Of a stretch of 64,000 nucleotides of DNA, positions 61,023 through 64,000 are shown piece by piece. Position 1 is the first letter of the stretch; the number at the start of each line of letters is the position of its first letter. Source of the stretch: Candidatus Cloacimonadales bacterium (GTDB taxonomy: Bacteria; Cloacimonadota; Cloacimonadia; Cloacimonadales; JAIOQZ01). Location of the stretch: the NCBI GenBank assembly GCA_963662655.2, contig CAXXTU010000002.1, forward strand, positions 2,016,001-2,080,000. The letters run 5' to 3'. The notes under the pieces were generated by a model that made no database searches, was not told the origin of the DNA, and saw only the letters and a program-made list of their open reading frames with translations. A program made the translations under genes and the position numbers.

Positions 61023-61130
61023 TGTCATCCTGAGCGGAGTCGAAGGATGGATTCAGCATTGAATGATCCTTCGACTCCGCTCAGGATGACAGAGACTGTG
61101 GCAAGCCTTCGATTCCGCTCAGGATGACAG
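61023..61130. repeat. REP-like cluster, three copies of TGTCATCCTGAGCGGAGTCGAAGG
   Basis: Forward copy 61023-61048, inverted 61066-61091, inverted 61106-61130 (one mismatch). Lies between convergent genes. Confidence 0.9.
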
Positions 61131-61214
61131 AATAGGGAAATTCAGGATAATACGCTTCATTAGATGCTTATCCACGCCGTTTGAAAGAGAGTCAAACATA
61201 ATACCCTGATACGC

Positions 61215-61682
61215 TCATTTCATAATCGGAAGATGGATATCCAGAACCAGCGTATCCATATCGCTTCCGCCCAGATGCTTCTCCATCCACTGGTGCGTCG
61301 CATGGGAGTAGTCGCTCTGATCGACCCACTCCATCAGGCCCATCCATGTCTTCATGATCATGGAAGGATCGCCCTTGGGCTCACATCGTGCAACCGCGTA
61401 CAAGCCACCGTAGAAATCCACGATCCGCATATCGCCTTCCGGGATGACTTCTTTATCGATCTCCAGCAGAAACTCGTAGCCGTACGTTGCGCCTTCGCAA
61501 CACGGATTCGGATTGTTGAAGCCCATGATCGTGCGGGATGAGAGGTCTTGATACCGGGGATTCTCTTTCACCCAATTCTCGAGCTTCCTCCACGCGTTCA
61601 TCTCAGGCTCTTCGCCAAAGTGGTAAAAACTTGCGCACCGCATGTGCGGTAATTCAACAATATTCACAGGTAAATTCGTCAT
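61215..61682 (-). CDS. GyrI-like small-molecule-binding domain protein
   Basis: 'IVELP.MR.ASF', 'GFNNPNP', 'YGYEF', 'GGLYAV', 'DIHLPI'. Confidence 0.8.
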   Translation of the reverse strand: MTNLPVNIVELPHMRCASFYHFGEEPEMNAWRKLENWVKENPRYQDLSSRTIMGFNNPNPCCEGATYGYEFLLEIDKEVIPEGDMRIVDFYGGLYAVARCEPKGDPSMIMKTWMGLMEWVDQSDYSHATHQWMEKHLGGSDMDTLVLDIHLPIMK

Positions 61683-61718
61683 GATGCCTCCCTTGAAACA
61701 TTCTATATTACAGATGCT

Positions 61719-63719
<2,001 letters not shown>

Positions 63720-63924
63720 GCTGCCTCACTTGTTGCGATAATGTTATCAGTTCCATTTATGGAACGAGGGGGAAATCTGGCAAGAACTTTCTCTTGATTA
63801 ATATAGACGTTGAATGTTCTGCTTCCGGGCAGTTTCCTGAAACGACAAGAGACACAAAACATTGACACACCTGCGACCTTCAATATAGCATACAACCAAC
63901 TAGCTTAAAAACGCTGGAGGAATC

Positions 63925-64000
63925 ATGAGGTATTTACTTCTCTCTATCGTGTTAATGGCTTGCAGCCTGCTTGCAGCCGAAACCTGGATATACGAAAAAA
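63925..64000 (+). CDS. 5' end of a secreted protein (truncated by the window edge)
   Basis: GGAGG RBS, ATG 63925, signal-peptide-like MRYLLLSIVLMACSLLAA. TTGACA upstream. Confidence 0.7.
   Translation, partial: MRYLLLSIVLMACSLLAAETWIYEK

Noticed and set aside
61023..61130. CRISPR array
   Set aside because: Copies are inverted with short uneven spacers, and no cas genes are present.

Overview
A 64-kb bacterial chromosomal window, probably from an anaerobe of Candidatus Cloacimonadota or a related FCB-group lineage. This is inferred from repeated 'PNPFNPxTT...KxLLxK*' C-terminal sorting domains, the [FeFe]-hydrogenase maturases and Bacteroidetes-like ABC modules. Contents in order: (1) a 16.6-kb signalling cluster of PAS/GAF histidine kinases, a response regulator, a two-Hpt CheA, CheW, a stand-alone Cache protein, MCP, CheR, CheB and a REC-kinase; (2) an [FeFe]-hydrogenase maturation operon (TM1266-like, hydG, aspA, hydE, hydF); (3) envelope and transport genes, alkaline phosphatase and an M23 peptidase; (4) P5C dehydrogenase (pruA); (5) a CotH kinase; (6) cmk-plsC-ispH-rpsA-aroK; (7) secreted CTD proteins, a sAC-like cyclase-STAND-TPR protein, an esterase and uvrB. 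The most notable signals are non-coding. A P3-less Moco/Tuco-class riboswitch with a readable OFF-type expression platform sits directly upstream of pruA, which has no known Mo/W link. There is also a two-copy structured element with compensatory stem changes, a perfect four-way-junction element, and an SD-sequestering leader on the hydrogenase maturase operon. No tRNA, rRNA, CRISPR array or intact transposase was seen. All calls come from reading motifs by eye; no database searches were run.
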